A stretch of 64,000 bases of DNA from Selaginella moellendorffii (Eukaryota > Plantae > Lycopodiophyta), in the NCBI RefSeq assembly GCF_000143415.4, contig NW_003314284.1:248001-312000 (forward strand), written 5' to 3'. The notes below the pieces were generated by a model. That model saw only the letters and a program-made list of their open reading frames with translations, was not told where the DNA came from and ran no database searches. The position numbers were made by a program, and so were the translations under genes. This document shows, piece after piece, positions 36,510 to 47,369 of this stretch; the first letter of the stretch is position 1, and every line of letters starts with the position of its first letter.

Positions 36510-38530
36510 GGGACCTCGATCAATGTGTCAGCTGGTATGCTAATCGTGTCATTTTCTTTTAGAGAGGTCTTTAGATTTCAATCTCTGATGAATTTCTTTT
36601 AAAGTCTCGTTTTTTCTTTCTTTATCCCTTTTCTTTTTACCCAATATGCAGGGCCTTGGTATTTCGTCTCCAATTCCCGATCTCCCTTCCTTCTCTTGTG
36701 ATTAGAGGAAGGAACGTGATGGGCGGGCACACACAAAAACTTTCATTGCCAGAAAGTCTTAGGTGCTCATTAGGTTTTGTGCTAGTAGCAACTGCGTTTG
36801 GAAAGCTTGGCCGAGGCATTGTATCTATAGCGTTTTACTTGAGCAAATCTTATTGTCGCATGATTTCTTGTGCTAGATATTGTGTGGATGGAAACACACA
36901 GCAGCTGTAAGCTGTGAGCAAAATCCAAGTTCACAATGCAATGTGTTATTATTGTTATGACGGTTGATTTTATCGTGACAAGAGCCTTCGTGAAGACTTC
37001 ATGTTTAACACGAGGAAGTCGTTTCGTCAGCATGTCCGCTAGCTTGGAGTTTGTCAGGCAGAACTCCAGCTCGATCATTCCTCTCTGGATCTACTCTCGT
37101 ATAAAGTGGAAGTGCAGCTCAATGTGTTTAGTATGAGAGGTGAACCTGGAGTTCTTGGTCAAGGCTATTGCAAACTGGTTGTCACACAACACCTGTGTTG
37201 ATTTGTAGATCCTGGAGAAGTCCCTTCAGCCACGCTGCTTCCTTGGTTGCAGCTGCTGCAGCTATGTACTCAGCCTCGGTACTTGACATTGCCGTAATAG
37301 CCTGTTATTTGCTGCACCAGCTTGCGACATTTCCATTTAGCAGGAAAACGTAGGCTGAAAAGATGCTTTCTCCTCCTCTTGAGATTGATCAAGGTACTCT
37401 CGACTCTCAGCAGATAATTTCGTGCCTGTGTCCATGGGAGTAGCAACAGGGTTAACGTGAGCAAGGCCATACCTCTGGAGCACGTCGTAAGCATATTTTA
37501 CCTGAGAGTGCCTCGCTCCCTGTTGATACTGAGGAGGTCTTTCATGGCAAATTCAGCTTCAAGATACGTTTTAAATTTATGGATCAAACCTACCACGAGG
37601 ATCGCAAGTAACACATAGCCCTCAGCGTCAAAATATGTTACAAGCGCACGAAAATTAGAAAAAGGATCTATTCTCATCTACCATTGGTGTGGCGACTAGA
37701 GAGCTTTGTGGAGCTTGCAAACGAGGTGTTCTTCTCCAGGCTTGATAAAACCAGCTGAGCATACACCTCTTCATTGATGTCCATGTTGAGGAATGCCTGC
37801 CAGATCGCCTCCTTCGGGCGCTCCTTCAGCAACTCCACCTGGCTCTGCACCGGCTGGATTATCTGGTGCTGGGTAGAGAATTGGAACGTCGTCCAAAATC
37901 TCAGAAAGATCCACCAGAGGTGGTGGAGAAAGGGGGGTTTATAGATAAAAGATGAGCTTCATCTCATCACTAATTTCCTGCGTTGGCAGTTATAGTCAAT
38001 AAGCTTTACCTGCATTTCTCACTCTTGGGATCCAGCTTCCAGTGCTGAGCATCTGGAAGGTGAGCGTAGGCGACCCCATTCTGCTGCAAGGGTGTGCTTG
38101 CGGTGGATTCTTCGTGGAGGTAAAAGCCTATCGACTCTGTAACTGCCAGCCCAAGAAACTAGTGGGGAGCCGAGATGTGGTGTTTGATGAAGTTAAAAGA
38201 TCGTTCACTGCTCGGAAACCATGTGGTAATATAAAACGGTGTTGTTATTATTGTTATGACGGTTGATACATGGTTAAATGTATGAGTTCATGGATGGATC
38301 GCTCATGTGGCTGCGCGCTGACGTGGTCCCACAGATAGAAACTCGAAGAAAGCTCTAAGAAACAATGTGTCCCTCGCGATTGTAGATGGTTACAGTTTTG
38401 GGGAGGATCAGTTTCTCCCAAGTTCCAAAGTTCTTCGTGAAAATATCGAAAGCTCTTCGTGCTTTTTCCAGGATGATCGGCTCTCGGTCACACGGCAGCC
38501 ATTCTCTAGGAGATAGAGACATTGCTTGTC
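36510..38530 (+). pseudogene. Second degenerate RCC1 copy (matches about 29980-31000), split by a copia insertion
   Basis: 36510-36929 matches RCC1 exons/introns 29981-30659 (tgtgtcagctggtatgct, ctgcgtttggaaagcttggccgaggcatt, tgtggatggaa.cacacagcagct); 38335-38530 resumes at tagaaact.gaagaaagctctaagaaacaat. Confidence 0.88.
36930..38334. mobile_element. Degenerate Ty1/copia retrotransposon fragment (RT/RNase H on minus, integrase-adjacent SH3 motif on plus)
   Basis: Minus: AFLNMDINEEVY, NPVATPMD, SSTEAEYIAAAAATKEAAWL, TKHIELHFHFIRE, LADMLTK. Plus: KAYRL...KLVGSRDVVFDE. Many stops. Confidence 0.88.
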
Positions 38531-38599
38531 CATTCATGGGTTCCATTCTTATCCTCTGGCGCGCATTCATGATCAGCACGGCGTATCTGGTACGGCCTA

Positions 38600-39705
38600 A
38601 CTCCAGATTTCATCGCTGGAGATGGCGCGCAGTGAGATCGCGACAGATGTTTTCCAGCGGTCTCGGATTTGGAGGAATATGTACTGAAGACGTTATCGGG
38701 TGCGTGATGCAGGGATTATTTTCATGCACTTGTTCAGGTTTAATCGAGTGAAGGAAGCACTGATTTTCGAGGCAACAGTGTTGCTCTTTGGTTGAAAGGT
38801 TATTGTCGCAATGCTTCGTTCTACTTGTTCTTTGTTTTCTCTAATTCTTTGGTTTGTAGGTGTGCGAATGATCAACAGAGAAACCACTATCTTCCAAAGC
38901 TTATTTCAAATGGCACGTTTTGGTGATTGTTTGTCTTGCGTTCTTATATGCTGTTGTTACACAGGATCGTACTGGAACCTTGGAAAGGCAAAGAAGAACT
39001 AAGTATTAACACTTTTTTTTAACTCCAGGCTACAGACACAGTAGCACTGACACATTCTTAATGGTCTAGTACGACCCCGAGACTCAGATTGTCCAATTTA
39101 TCTGTCATAGTTCAAGCTTTCATTAGGCTGAGGAAGTGTTAGGGAGTACTTGAACGCTGTGCTGAAAGAGGATCTCTTGCTTTCCTTAGAGAAAGTATTG
39201 TTTTGTCTTTCTTTGTTTTCTTTCTTTCGACTAGCTTAAGCAAGCTGTACTGTTTGCAATGTGATGTATGAAATTCTTTTGGACGGCGGGAGGATAAGCT
39301 TCGGATGGCGATCTCAACCTACCACCTCCGAATGTCCTTTAAGAGGTTGTTGAAGGCAATTTTTTATTGCGTTTTGTTTAGATGCTTGTGGACGAGTGGT
39401 GGCAATATGCCTGGACAAATACCCTTGATGGAGGTCGCATGAACATCACATCATGCAGGTTTGACGGCTATTTTGTTTTGCTGCTTTTGATACTGTTCAC
39501 GAGTATGCGTCTACTCGCAAGCAAGGAATCTTTTCGTTTTCAGTTTCGGAAAAGCCACCACGGAGTTTCGACAATTCGAGCTAGTAGAGATGTTGATGGC
39601 TCTCCAAGCGGCACGGTTGATGGTTCCAATGCTGGTGCTGCAATGGCGAAAGGGTACAAGTGTTGTGCTGATTGCTCGGCTCTAAAAGTTTTTGTTTTCT
39701 TTTCC
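38600..39705 (+). repeat. Right arm of diverged ~1-kb inverted repeat
   Basis: Reverse-complement match to 33280-34325 (e.g. gtacaagtgttgtgctgattgct.ggctctaaaagtttttgttttctttt). Confidence 0.85.
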
Positions 39706-39938
39706 AAGCGCTACTCAAAGGATGGATTGGACTGATAGGAGAAGCTAGGAGTGTGGTCCATGTGTCCTTTTGACGAGGGAACGATAAGATTCCCCGTGGG
39801 ATTCTTAATAACGTGATCAGCACTTCTAAAGGTCAGGTTTGTCTTTGTTCGAGATACCCTGTCTTAATTCGTGTGTAGTTTTGTGACAGTGGCATGGCTA
39901 CAAAAAACTCGAGAGCATCTTCATTTTTTCATTTTTTT

Positions 39939-40565
39939 TCATTTTTTAGCAGCGATCCATGCTTGGACGTGTTCCAAAAACGTGATACCCGGCGGCCGGT
40001 TCCTCCGCGGAACATAATTCTCCGCCTCGACGGTGCTGTAGCTTGGCAAGTGTGGAGCTCCCAGCATCTCCATTGCGTAACTAGATCCTGCAAAGTAAGC
40101 CTCGGCATTCACAGCTTGGGACTGAGCTAAACTTCGTTCCAGGCCCTCGACGAGAATGGATCGGCGCTCGTAGTGGCCCTTGCCGAGGCCCTCGAGCTCG
40201 TCGAGCCTGCGAAGACCAGCTTGGTCTACGAGATAGACTTCGCCGCGGACGCGGTGGCCTTGGCAGGGGAAATTGAGAAGGAAAGGCACCTGGAATGGGC
40301 CGCAGACGAGCGGGAATTCGAGCTTGGTGGTGGCGGCGGACACGAAGCAGGCGTGCTGCTGGCTCACGAGCTCCTGCATGAGCCACTCGTTCCCAAATCC
40401 TTTCTTGAGCGTCCCATAGACGAAGACGAGGCTGGAGCTACCGAGCGAGGAATCGCTATTGCCCCTGGCAGAGATCTGGAAAGAAGTAGCGCAAATTCCC
40501 AGCGCTAGAGGAACTGACGAAGTCGCTGCTAACGCCATTGAGGTTTTTCCTCCCTTGGCGTCCAT
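39939..40565 (-). CDS. Gamma-glutamylcyclotransferase, AIG2-like
   Basis: LVFVYGTLKKGFGN, FPLVCGPFQVPFLLN, VRGEVYLV..RLDELEG..HYERR; intronless. Confidence 0.92.
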   Translation of the reverse strand: MDAKGGKTSMALAATSSVPLALGICATSFQISARGNSDSSLGSSSLVFVYGTLKKGFGNEWLMQELVSQQHACFVSAATTKLEFPLVCGPFQVPFLLNFPCQGHRVRGEVYLVDQAGLRRLDELEGLGKGHYERRSILVEGLERSLAQSQAVNAEAYFAGSSYAMEMLGAPHLPSYSTVEAENYVPRRNRPPGITFLEHVQAWIAAKK

Positions 40566-40759
40566 TTATTAAAAGTCTGTCACGTGGCACCTACGTGGAT
40601 TAAAGTCCAGTCAAAGCCACGTGGCAGTTATGTGGACAACCATGGAGTTAAGAATAACCATTATTTGACTGAAAAGTGTATGGATAAGAGGAAGAAACTT
40701 GAATATTATGTGTTTAGACATAACTAGTAAAATGTGTTACGCTTGATATTTCCACAATT

Positions 40760-41220
40760 GCTATAGAAGAAGAGAGGAAAAGTGCAAAAGATACCAATAC
40801 TTAGAAGAGCCTATGCCACTTGAGATTAGCAAGTGGAACACAACAAGGGGAAATTGCTGGCAAGTATGGAGTTGGGTTTACTATTGGTCAATGAGCATTG
40901 AGTTTTGTGGAGCTTTGGACATGGAATTTGGTACCTTATACATCAAGTAGCCTTCAAGTGATCGTTTACAAACTCTTCCAAGAGAGTTTAAGAGGAATAC
41001 CACATGTTGTAGGAGCAATAGATGGGAGCTATGTTCCAGTGATTGCTCCCAAAGGATCCTCAATAGAACAGGAAGGGATTATACTTCAAATCATTATCTC
41101 CATGAAAAGTTTAATTTGGGATTTTTATTTTGAATGGGTTTGACTGGACAGTATTTCAAAATTCATTTGGACGCCAACTTGGAAAATACATTCTCGTAAA
41201 AAATGCTACATATCCACCAC
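40760..41220 (+). mobile_element. PIF/Harbinger (DDE_Tnp_4) transposase relic
   Basis: LRGIPHVVGAIDGSYVPVIAP and ILQII..LIWDFYFEW, decayed forms of GAIDGTHIPI and LQ...FWD...GW; AT-rich, CpG-poor, with stops. Confidence 0.7.
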
Positions 41221-41347
41221 AAGGGATTTAAAGATGGATTAAATCGTTGTTAATAACATTGAAATTAAGCGTTTTAACTAGCTATATTATGTGTGCCGAC
41301 GTGGACATAGTTAAGTAGTTTACGTTGTAACTGATGCGCTTTGAATG

Positions 41348-43034
41348 CTACCCTGGAAACGAAAGAAACAAATCGAGAATATAGCTAAACTAGAAAAGAA
41401 TCGATGAAATGAAACTTACTCGTCTTGTTCTTGAGCGGCAGCGATGGCTGTCCAGGGCATCGCCGCATCAGGAACTTGAAAACCTGGCATCCATTCGCTC
41501 CCTCGGTCTTGTGGCAGCGCACAGCGTCGTAGAGGCCATCGTAGCGGTACTCCTTCCTGGACGGGGTGAAAGCCGAGGGTCTCCCGCGGATCACACGAAC
41601 CGGGATGTTGAGATCCACGGAGTTCGCGAGAGCTAAGTTGCCGCGAGTGAGCTCCTGGTCCCGTGCCTTCTCGTCACGCACGCTCACAGCATTGTTGCCG
41701 CCGCTGCCGCAGTACTCAAACTCGTCGCCGTTGTCGCGGTTGTCCTTGTAGCCACCCGAGAGGATGATGCTGGTGGCGATGGCGCGGCCGAGCGGGCTCT
41801 GGGACTCGGGGAGGAAGCCGATCCCGGCCTGGACGTGGTTGTGGAGGCCGACGATGAGCAGCTCGGCGCGGAAGGAGAAGACGTCGAACACCTCCACGCC
41901 GGGGACGTGGCCGTGGGATCGGTGCTCCTGGTTCACCCATTGCTTCTGCGAAGGAAAACAACGGTGGATGAGAAACTTTGGAAGAACTACACAAAAGCTG
42001 GCCAAGAAGAAAATCCTGAGAAAGTCCGAGAAACTGAAGTGGAAGAAGATCATGGCGATGGGAAGAAAAAAAGGCTAAGAATGTTCGATCGACGAAGAGA
42101 CGAGCATGCGAAACAAAGCAGCAAAAAGAATGCCGGCAAGAAGAACACGAGGAGAAGAGAGAAAAGGCGGAGGAAGATAGTGTGGGATAGAATGGAAATC
42201 TATCACGAATGGTGGATGAGAGAAACTTGGAAGAACTATGTACAAGAGCGAGAAAGAAGAAATCCATCCGTGAGAAAGTCCGAGAAACCGAAGTAAGATG
42301 ACGATGGGAAGGAAATAACACTGTTTGATTGGCGAAGAGAGCATACGAAACAAAGCAGCAGTGAGATCCAAAAGAATGCCGGCAAGAAGAACACGGGGAG
42401 ATAGAATGGAAATCGAGGAGAAAAGTGAAAGGAACTTACATCGATGCGCATTTGCTTCATCGCGGCTGTGTCCGGTCGCACGGTGCCCTTCGCCTCGAGT
42501 TTCTGGCGCAGCGCCTCGAATCTCTCCTGCGCTTGCTTCACTCGCCGCCGCGCCTCCTGCCATGACTGCCGCGGGATGATCGAAAGCTCCATTCTTGGCT
42601 GTGGCACTGGCTCGGATTTCCTCTTCTTGGTCCTGGCCCTATCCATCTCGAACATCATCAGGCTCGTCGGCTTGGGGCGCTCATTCCCTCCTCCTCCTCG
42701 CTCTGGCGCTAGGCGTTTGTTCTCCTCCTCCGGATCCTTGCGCCGCGGCGATTCCTCCTTGATCTTCCGCTGCTGCGGCCACCGCCGGACGGCGATCGGC
42801 AGCGCCGGCTCCACCGATTTCGCCGCTTCTTGCCCGCGGGATTTCTCCTCGCCGCCGCCGCCGCTCGAATTGAGCTGCAATGATCGATCGCCGGATGAAG
42901 CAAACCCGCGCGCAAATATCAACGACAACGATCAAGAACTCTACCTCGCCGGATTTTGGATCGCCTCCTTCGCGAAGCCTCTTGCTCGGCCAGGAGCGAT
43001 GCGCGATCGGCCGCATGCCTACATTGCTCTCCAT
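41348..43034 (-). CDS. SRA/YDG methylcytosine-binding protein (SUVH-derived, no pre-SET/SET)
   Basis: 4 exons (introns 42875-42944, 41946-42439, 41353-41419); two-helix head RVKQAQERFEALRQKL..RPDTAAMKQM; SRA motifs GHVPGVEVFDVFSFRAEL..GLH..QAGI, SIILSGGYKDN, GNLALANS..PVRVIRG, YRYDGLY; stop right after ..KNKTR. Confidence 0.85.
41963..42414. repeat. Diverged tandem duplication (~240-bp and ~200-bp units) inside the SRA gene intron
   Basis: 41963-42200 and 42211-42414 share ggtggatgaga..tggaagaacta, tgagaaagtccgagaaac, cgaaacaaagcagca, aaaagaatgccggcaagaagaacacg and gatagaatggaaatc. Confidence 0.85.
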
Positions 43035-43224
43035 CGCTTTGCCCAAAACCTAGCTCGCCTCACCTGGCCGTACAAGTCACCAACGATCATGTGTACGAAC
43101 GTCATTTTTTCATGTTGGAACTATGGAGGGAAATCATTCACTTCCCATAAAACAAATTTGACACGTGTTTGAGGTTAAAATCGCGTGACACAGACAGAGA
43201 GCTGACCTAGGTTTCTCCAGCGCT

Positions 43225-44787
43225 ATGGCGAGCTCGAGGTCGGTTCTTCTGATCTGCGGCGATTTCGTGGAAGACTATGAGGTGAGTTTGATTGATCGGG
43301 ATGGATAGAGGAGTGATCTAGGGCCGAGAGAATGTAGGCAATCATCTAGATTTGGCAAGTTTTTCGGCAAGAGCATTGATCTTCGATTTCTTTGTTCTTT
43401 TAAGGTTATGGTTCCATTTCAAGCCTTGCAAGCTTATGGTGTCAAAGTCGATGCTGTTTGTCCGGGAAAAAAGGCTGGCGAGAGCTGCGCGACCGCAATC
43501 CACGACTTTGTTGGTTTCCAGGTGAATGAATTCCTTCTTTTGGACTGAGAGCGTGGAGTGGATTATTTTTGGCTTGTGTTTGGCAGACTTATGCCGAGCT
43601 TCGTGGTCACAACTTTAGTCTCAACAAGGACTTTCATGGCGTGAAAGCTGAGAGCTATGACGCTCTCGTTATTCCAGGTGGTCGTGCTCCGGAATACTTG
43701 TCTCTTGACGATGAAGTTCTCGAGATTGTCAAGTCGTTCCACAAGTCTGGGAAGCCGATAGCATCGATTTGCCACGGACAGCTGATCCTCGCCGCGGCAG
43801 GAATTCTGCGAGGCAAGAAGTCGACGGCGTATCCGGCAGTCAAGCCTGTTGTTGTCAGTGCTGGTGGAGTTTGGCAAGAGCCGAATCCAATCTCCAAGTG
43901 CTTCCGAGATGGTAGCCTCATCACCGGTGCTGCATATCCTGGCCACCCGGAGTTTATTGGTCTTTTGCTCGACTCTCTTGGTGCAACCATCGAAAACGGC
44001 AAGAAGAAAGTATTAATGCTATGCGGGGTAAGAAGTCTTTCTCTCTTTCTTTTCTACTTCTTTTGGTTTTTTCTACTAGTTTTCCTTGACAACTTGATCG
44101 AGAAGTAGTTTTCCTTGCAGTTGTGCTTTGATCATGTTCTAAGCCAAGTTTGTTTTTGCTTTGAAGGATTTCATGGAGGACTACGAAGCAATGGTGCCAT
44201 GCCAGACGCTGCAAGCTGTTGGCTACACCGTCGACTCGGTGTGCCCGGGTAAAAAGGCCGGCGAGACCGTGGCCACCGCAGTTCATGACTTTGAGGGAGC
44301 GCAAACTTACAGCGAGAAGCCTGGTCACAACTTCCCGCTGACCGCCACCTTCGACGCTGTCAAGGTTGAGGAGTACGACGCGCTTGTGATCCCGGGAGGC
44401 CGCGCTCCAGAGTACTTGTCTCTCAACGACAAAGTCCTGAGGCTTGTCCGGGAGTTTGACACGAGCAGCAAGCCCATCGCGTCGATTTGTCACGGGCAGC
44501 AAATCCTCGCTGCAGCAGGAGTTTTACAGGTGAATGATATATCTTTCTTGAGTTTGCTTCGATTAAACACAGCGCTCGTTTGGTTTCTACTGCAGGGAAA
44601 GAAATGCACGGCTTATCCAGCAGTGAAGCCTCAAGTTGTGCTAAGTGGTGCTCAGTGGATCGAGCCGGATCCAATAACGATGGCTCACACACATGGCAAA
44701 CTTGTCACCGCTGCTGCCTGGCCCGCGCATCCAGAGTTCGTAGCTCAGTTGCTCTCTCTTCTCGGGACCACTATCCACTTCAAGTAA
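43225..44787 (+). CDS. DJ1D: DJ-1/PfpI family protein with two tandem domains (DJ-1D / glyoxalase III type)
   Basis: Two copies of [26 protein letters not shown] and ASICHGQ.ILAAAG. Confidence 0.95.
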
Positions 44788-45290
44788 AAGCAAGTAAGCC
44801 GAGCTTTTCCTGTTTTCCTTGAGACAGAGTTGGAGATTTCGTCTACCTCTCCGTGTTGATCGGGTCAGTGTTTGATCCAAGTCCGATCCGGTCTGGAAGA
44901 ATGACAGTCCATTTGGTGTTTGATCTTCTCGTCGTCTAAGTCTTTCCTGGGCCTTGTTGACGCAGGAGTAAAGCTTTAGCGAAAGAATGATGGAATGATA
45001 TTTATCCTTCTGGAACTAGAAGACACGATTTGGAAACGTTCAATGGTTTTTTTCTTTTGTGTTGTTCAGGGACGTGCGTGATTTTCGATCTTGTATCTAT
45101 TACATCACGACAAAACGATCATGGTCTCGTCTTTAAACATATACAAGCACAAAAGATTTTAAGAATACCCGTGGCGCGGGGCCGGCCGTTGGATCCATAG
45201 ACAACCGACGTGAAATCTGGCCGTCGGATAAGTCTGTTCCCCTGTTTTAGGGCTTTATAGTAATTTTGAAAGAGAGGGAAGAGCACGGCT

Positions 45291-47369
45291 ATGGCGGACA
45301 GGCCTAGGGCGAATGGCGCGTCGTCGTCCTCCATGCGCGAGCTCGTCTCGCCGCTCGCGATCAAGCTCCAGCAAGTGTGGCTACAGACGCAGTTCCGCCC
45401 GTCGAGAGATTCCAATGCAGCAGTGGATTTGCCGCTGCCGTCGCCTGGCGGAGCGGCTGGATCGGTCGGCGATGTTGGAAATTTCTCGCCGTCGCCACCG
45501 ACGCTCACCTCTCCGGTCAACGCCGCGGCCATGGCAGTGGCGGGCACTCCGTCGTCATCCTCGGAGAGTGGCGATGATAGCTGGGGTTGCGTCGCGATGG
45601 AACCCCGCGTGTCTGGGGTCGACGAGAATGCGGTGCTGCAGTACATCGACAGCATGCTCATGGAGAACCAGATCGGGGAGCAAGCGTGCCTGGATCTGGA
45701 GGTGAGCGTCGGCGCGCTCCAGGCAGAGCTCGCGGAGCTGATCCAGACCTCGCCGCCCGAGGTAAGCCCGAATCTCGACTGGAGGAGCGATATTTCGAGC
45801 AGCGCCGGCTATGGTGCCTCGCAGCCATCGCCGTCGCAGCTTCCACCGGCCCCGCAGGGATCATCGTCGCGAAGGAACTCCCCCTCCTCGCTCCTGGGTT
45901 CTTGGACATCGCAGCCTTCCTTCGCCGTGGATAATCCTTCTACTTCGTCCTTGCATCACCACCAAGAAAACACTGTGGAGAGGAATCGAGAGAGCTTGCA
46001 GCCATCGCCCAGCCTTAAGAAGCGGAGCCACGGGGAGACGAGCGCCAGTGGCAGTGGCTTCCAGATGGTGGGATTTTTCGAGCGCCAGAACCTCTTTGGG
46101 CTGGATTGGAACGGCAGGTCGAATGGAATTGCAGCAGCGGGGGCGACGACGCAGGGATTTCCCAACCGGCCTCCCAGGCTGATCGTACAGAGGAGCGAGA
46201 ACTACACTCGGCTGTGGGATAGAATGGGGCTCAGGAGTCATCTCCTGGACAAGCTGGTGCTGTGCGGCGAGGCGGTGTGGAGCGACGACTTCGGCAGCGC
46301 TTTGGCGATCATGGAGGAGCTCCGGGAGCAAGCCGGACCCGAGGGCGACGCGACGCAGCGGGTAGTTCATTACTTCCTACATGCATTGAACGCCCGGATG
46401 AGCAACACGGGCTCCAGGTTCTACAGCGTCATGTGTAAGGCGCGGCCTTCCATCGCCGAGACGCTCAAGGCGGTCCAGATGATCCTCAAGCACACCCCCT
46501 TCCTCGGGCTGCCACATTTCTTCACGAACCAGATCATCCTCGAGGCCATCAAGGGCGAGCGCAAAGTACACATTGTCGACTTTGGGATCATGTATGGGCT
46601 CCAGTGGCCGGCGCTGCTCCAGCTCTTGGCGGAGAGGAAGGAGGGTCCCCCGCAGCTCCGGATCACGGGGGTGGATCTTCCACCCAGAGCGCTCAACAAT
46701 CACTCGGGGAGGATACGAGAGACGGGGAGCCGGCTCAAGCGCTGCGCACAGGACTGGGGGATTCCTTTCAAGTTCCGGTCTCTCTCGTGTGCATGGGAGA
46801 GCATGGAGCCGGGGTTGCTGCAGCTCAAGGACGACGAAGTTCTCATCATCAGCTGCTCGTTCAAGCAGACCAACTTGTTTGATGGGTCGGTGATCGCCGA
46901 GAGCCCGAAGCTCCAGTGGCTGACCCGGATCCGGAACCTCCACCCGAAGGTTTTCATCCAGTCGCTGGCCAGCTCCAACTTTGCGGGGCCGATCTTCCTC
47001 CAGAGGTTCCAGGAGGCGCTCGTCCACCACGCGGCAGTGTTCGCGGCCATGGACGCTTGCATCTCGAGGATGCTGCCCGAACGGCGGGTGATCGAGCAGG
47101 ACAAGTACGGGCGGGAGATCATGAACATCATCGCCTGCGAGGGGTTGGACAGGGTGGAGCGGTCCGAGACGCACCAGCAGTGGCACCACCTGGCCGTCAA
47201 GGCGGGGCTTGAGGTGATACCGCTCAGCCCGGCCCTGTTCGAGGAGTCGAAAGCCTTCGCCAGGTTCTACAACAGGGATCTCACAGTGAACAGGGACGGG
47301 GAATGGATGTGGCTGGGTTGGAGAGACCAGATCATCCATGCGTACTCTGCATGGCGTGCGGCAACGTGA
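45291..47369 (+). CDS. GRAS transcription factor, LISCL (SCL14-like) clade
   Basis: Intronless; VLQYIDSMLME N-terminal motif, GDATQRVVHYF, VHIVDFGIMYGLQWP, LRITGVD, NIIACEG.DRVERSET, terminal SAW. Confidence 0.94.
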   Translation: MADRPRANGASSSSMRELVSPLAIKLQQVWLQTQFRPSRDSNAAVDLPLPSPGGAAGSVGDVGNFSPSPPTLTSPVNAAAMAVAGTPSSSSESGDDSWGCVAMEPRVSGVDENAVLQYIDSMLMENQIGEQACLDLEVSVGALQAELAELIQTSPPEVSPNLDWRSDISSSAGYGASQPSPSQLPPAPQGSSSRRNSPSSLLGSWTSQPSFAVDNPSTSSLHHHQENTVERNRESLQPSPSLKKRSHGETSASGSGFQMVGFFERQNLFGLDWNGRSNGIAAAGATTQGFPNRPPRLIVQRSENYTRLWDRMGLRSHLLDKLVLCGEAVWSDDFGSALAIMEELREQAGPEGDATQRVVHYFLHALNARMSNTGSRFYSVMCKARPSIAETLKAVQMILKHTPFLGLPHFFTNQIILEAIKGERKVHIVDFGIMYGLQWPALLQLLAERKEGPPQLRITGVDLPPRALNNHSGRIRETGSRLKRCAQDWGIPFKFRSLSCAWESMEPGLLQLKDDEVLIISCSFKQTNLFDGSVIAESPKLQWLTRIRNLHPKVFIQSLASSNFAGPIFLQRFQEALVHHAAVFAAMDACISRMLPERRVIEQDKYGREIMNIIACEGLDRVERSETHQQWHHLAVKAGLEVIPLSPALFEESKAFARFYNRDLTVNRDGEWMWLGWRDQIIHAYSAWRAAT

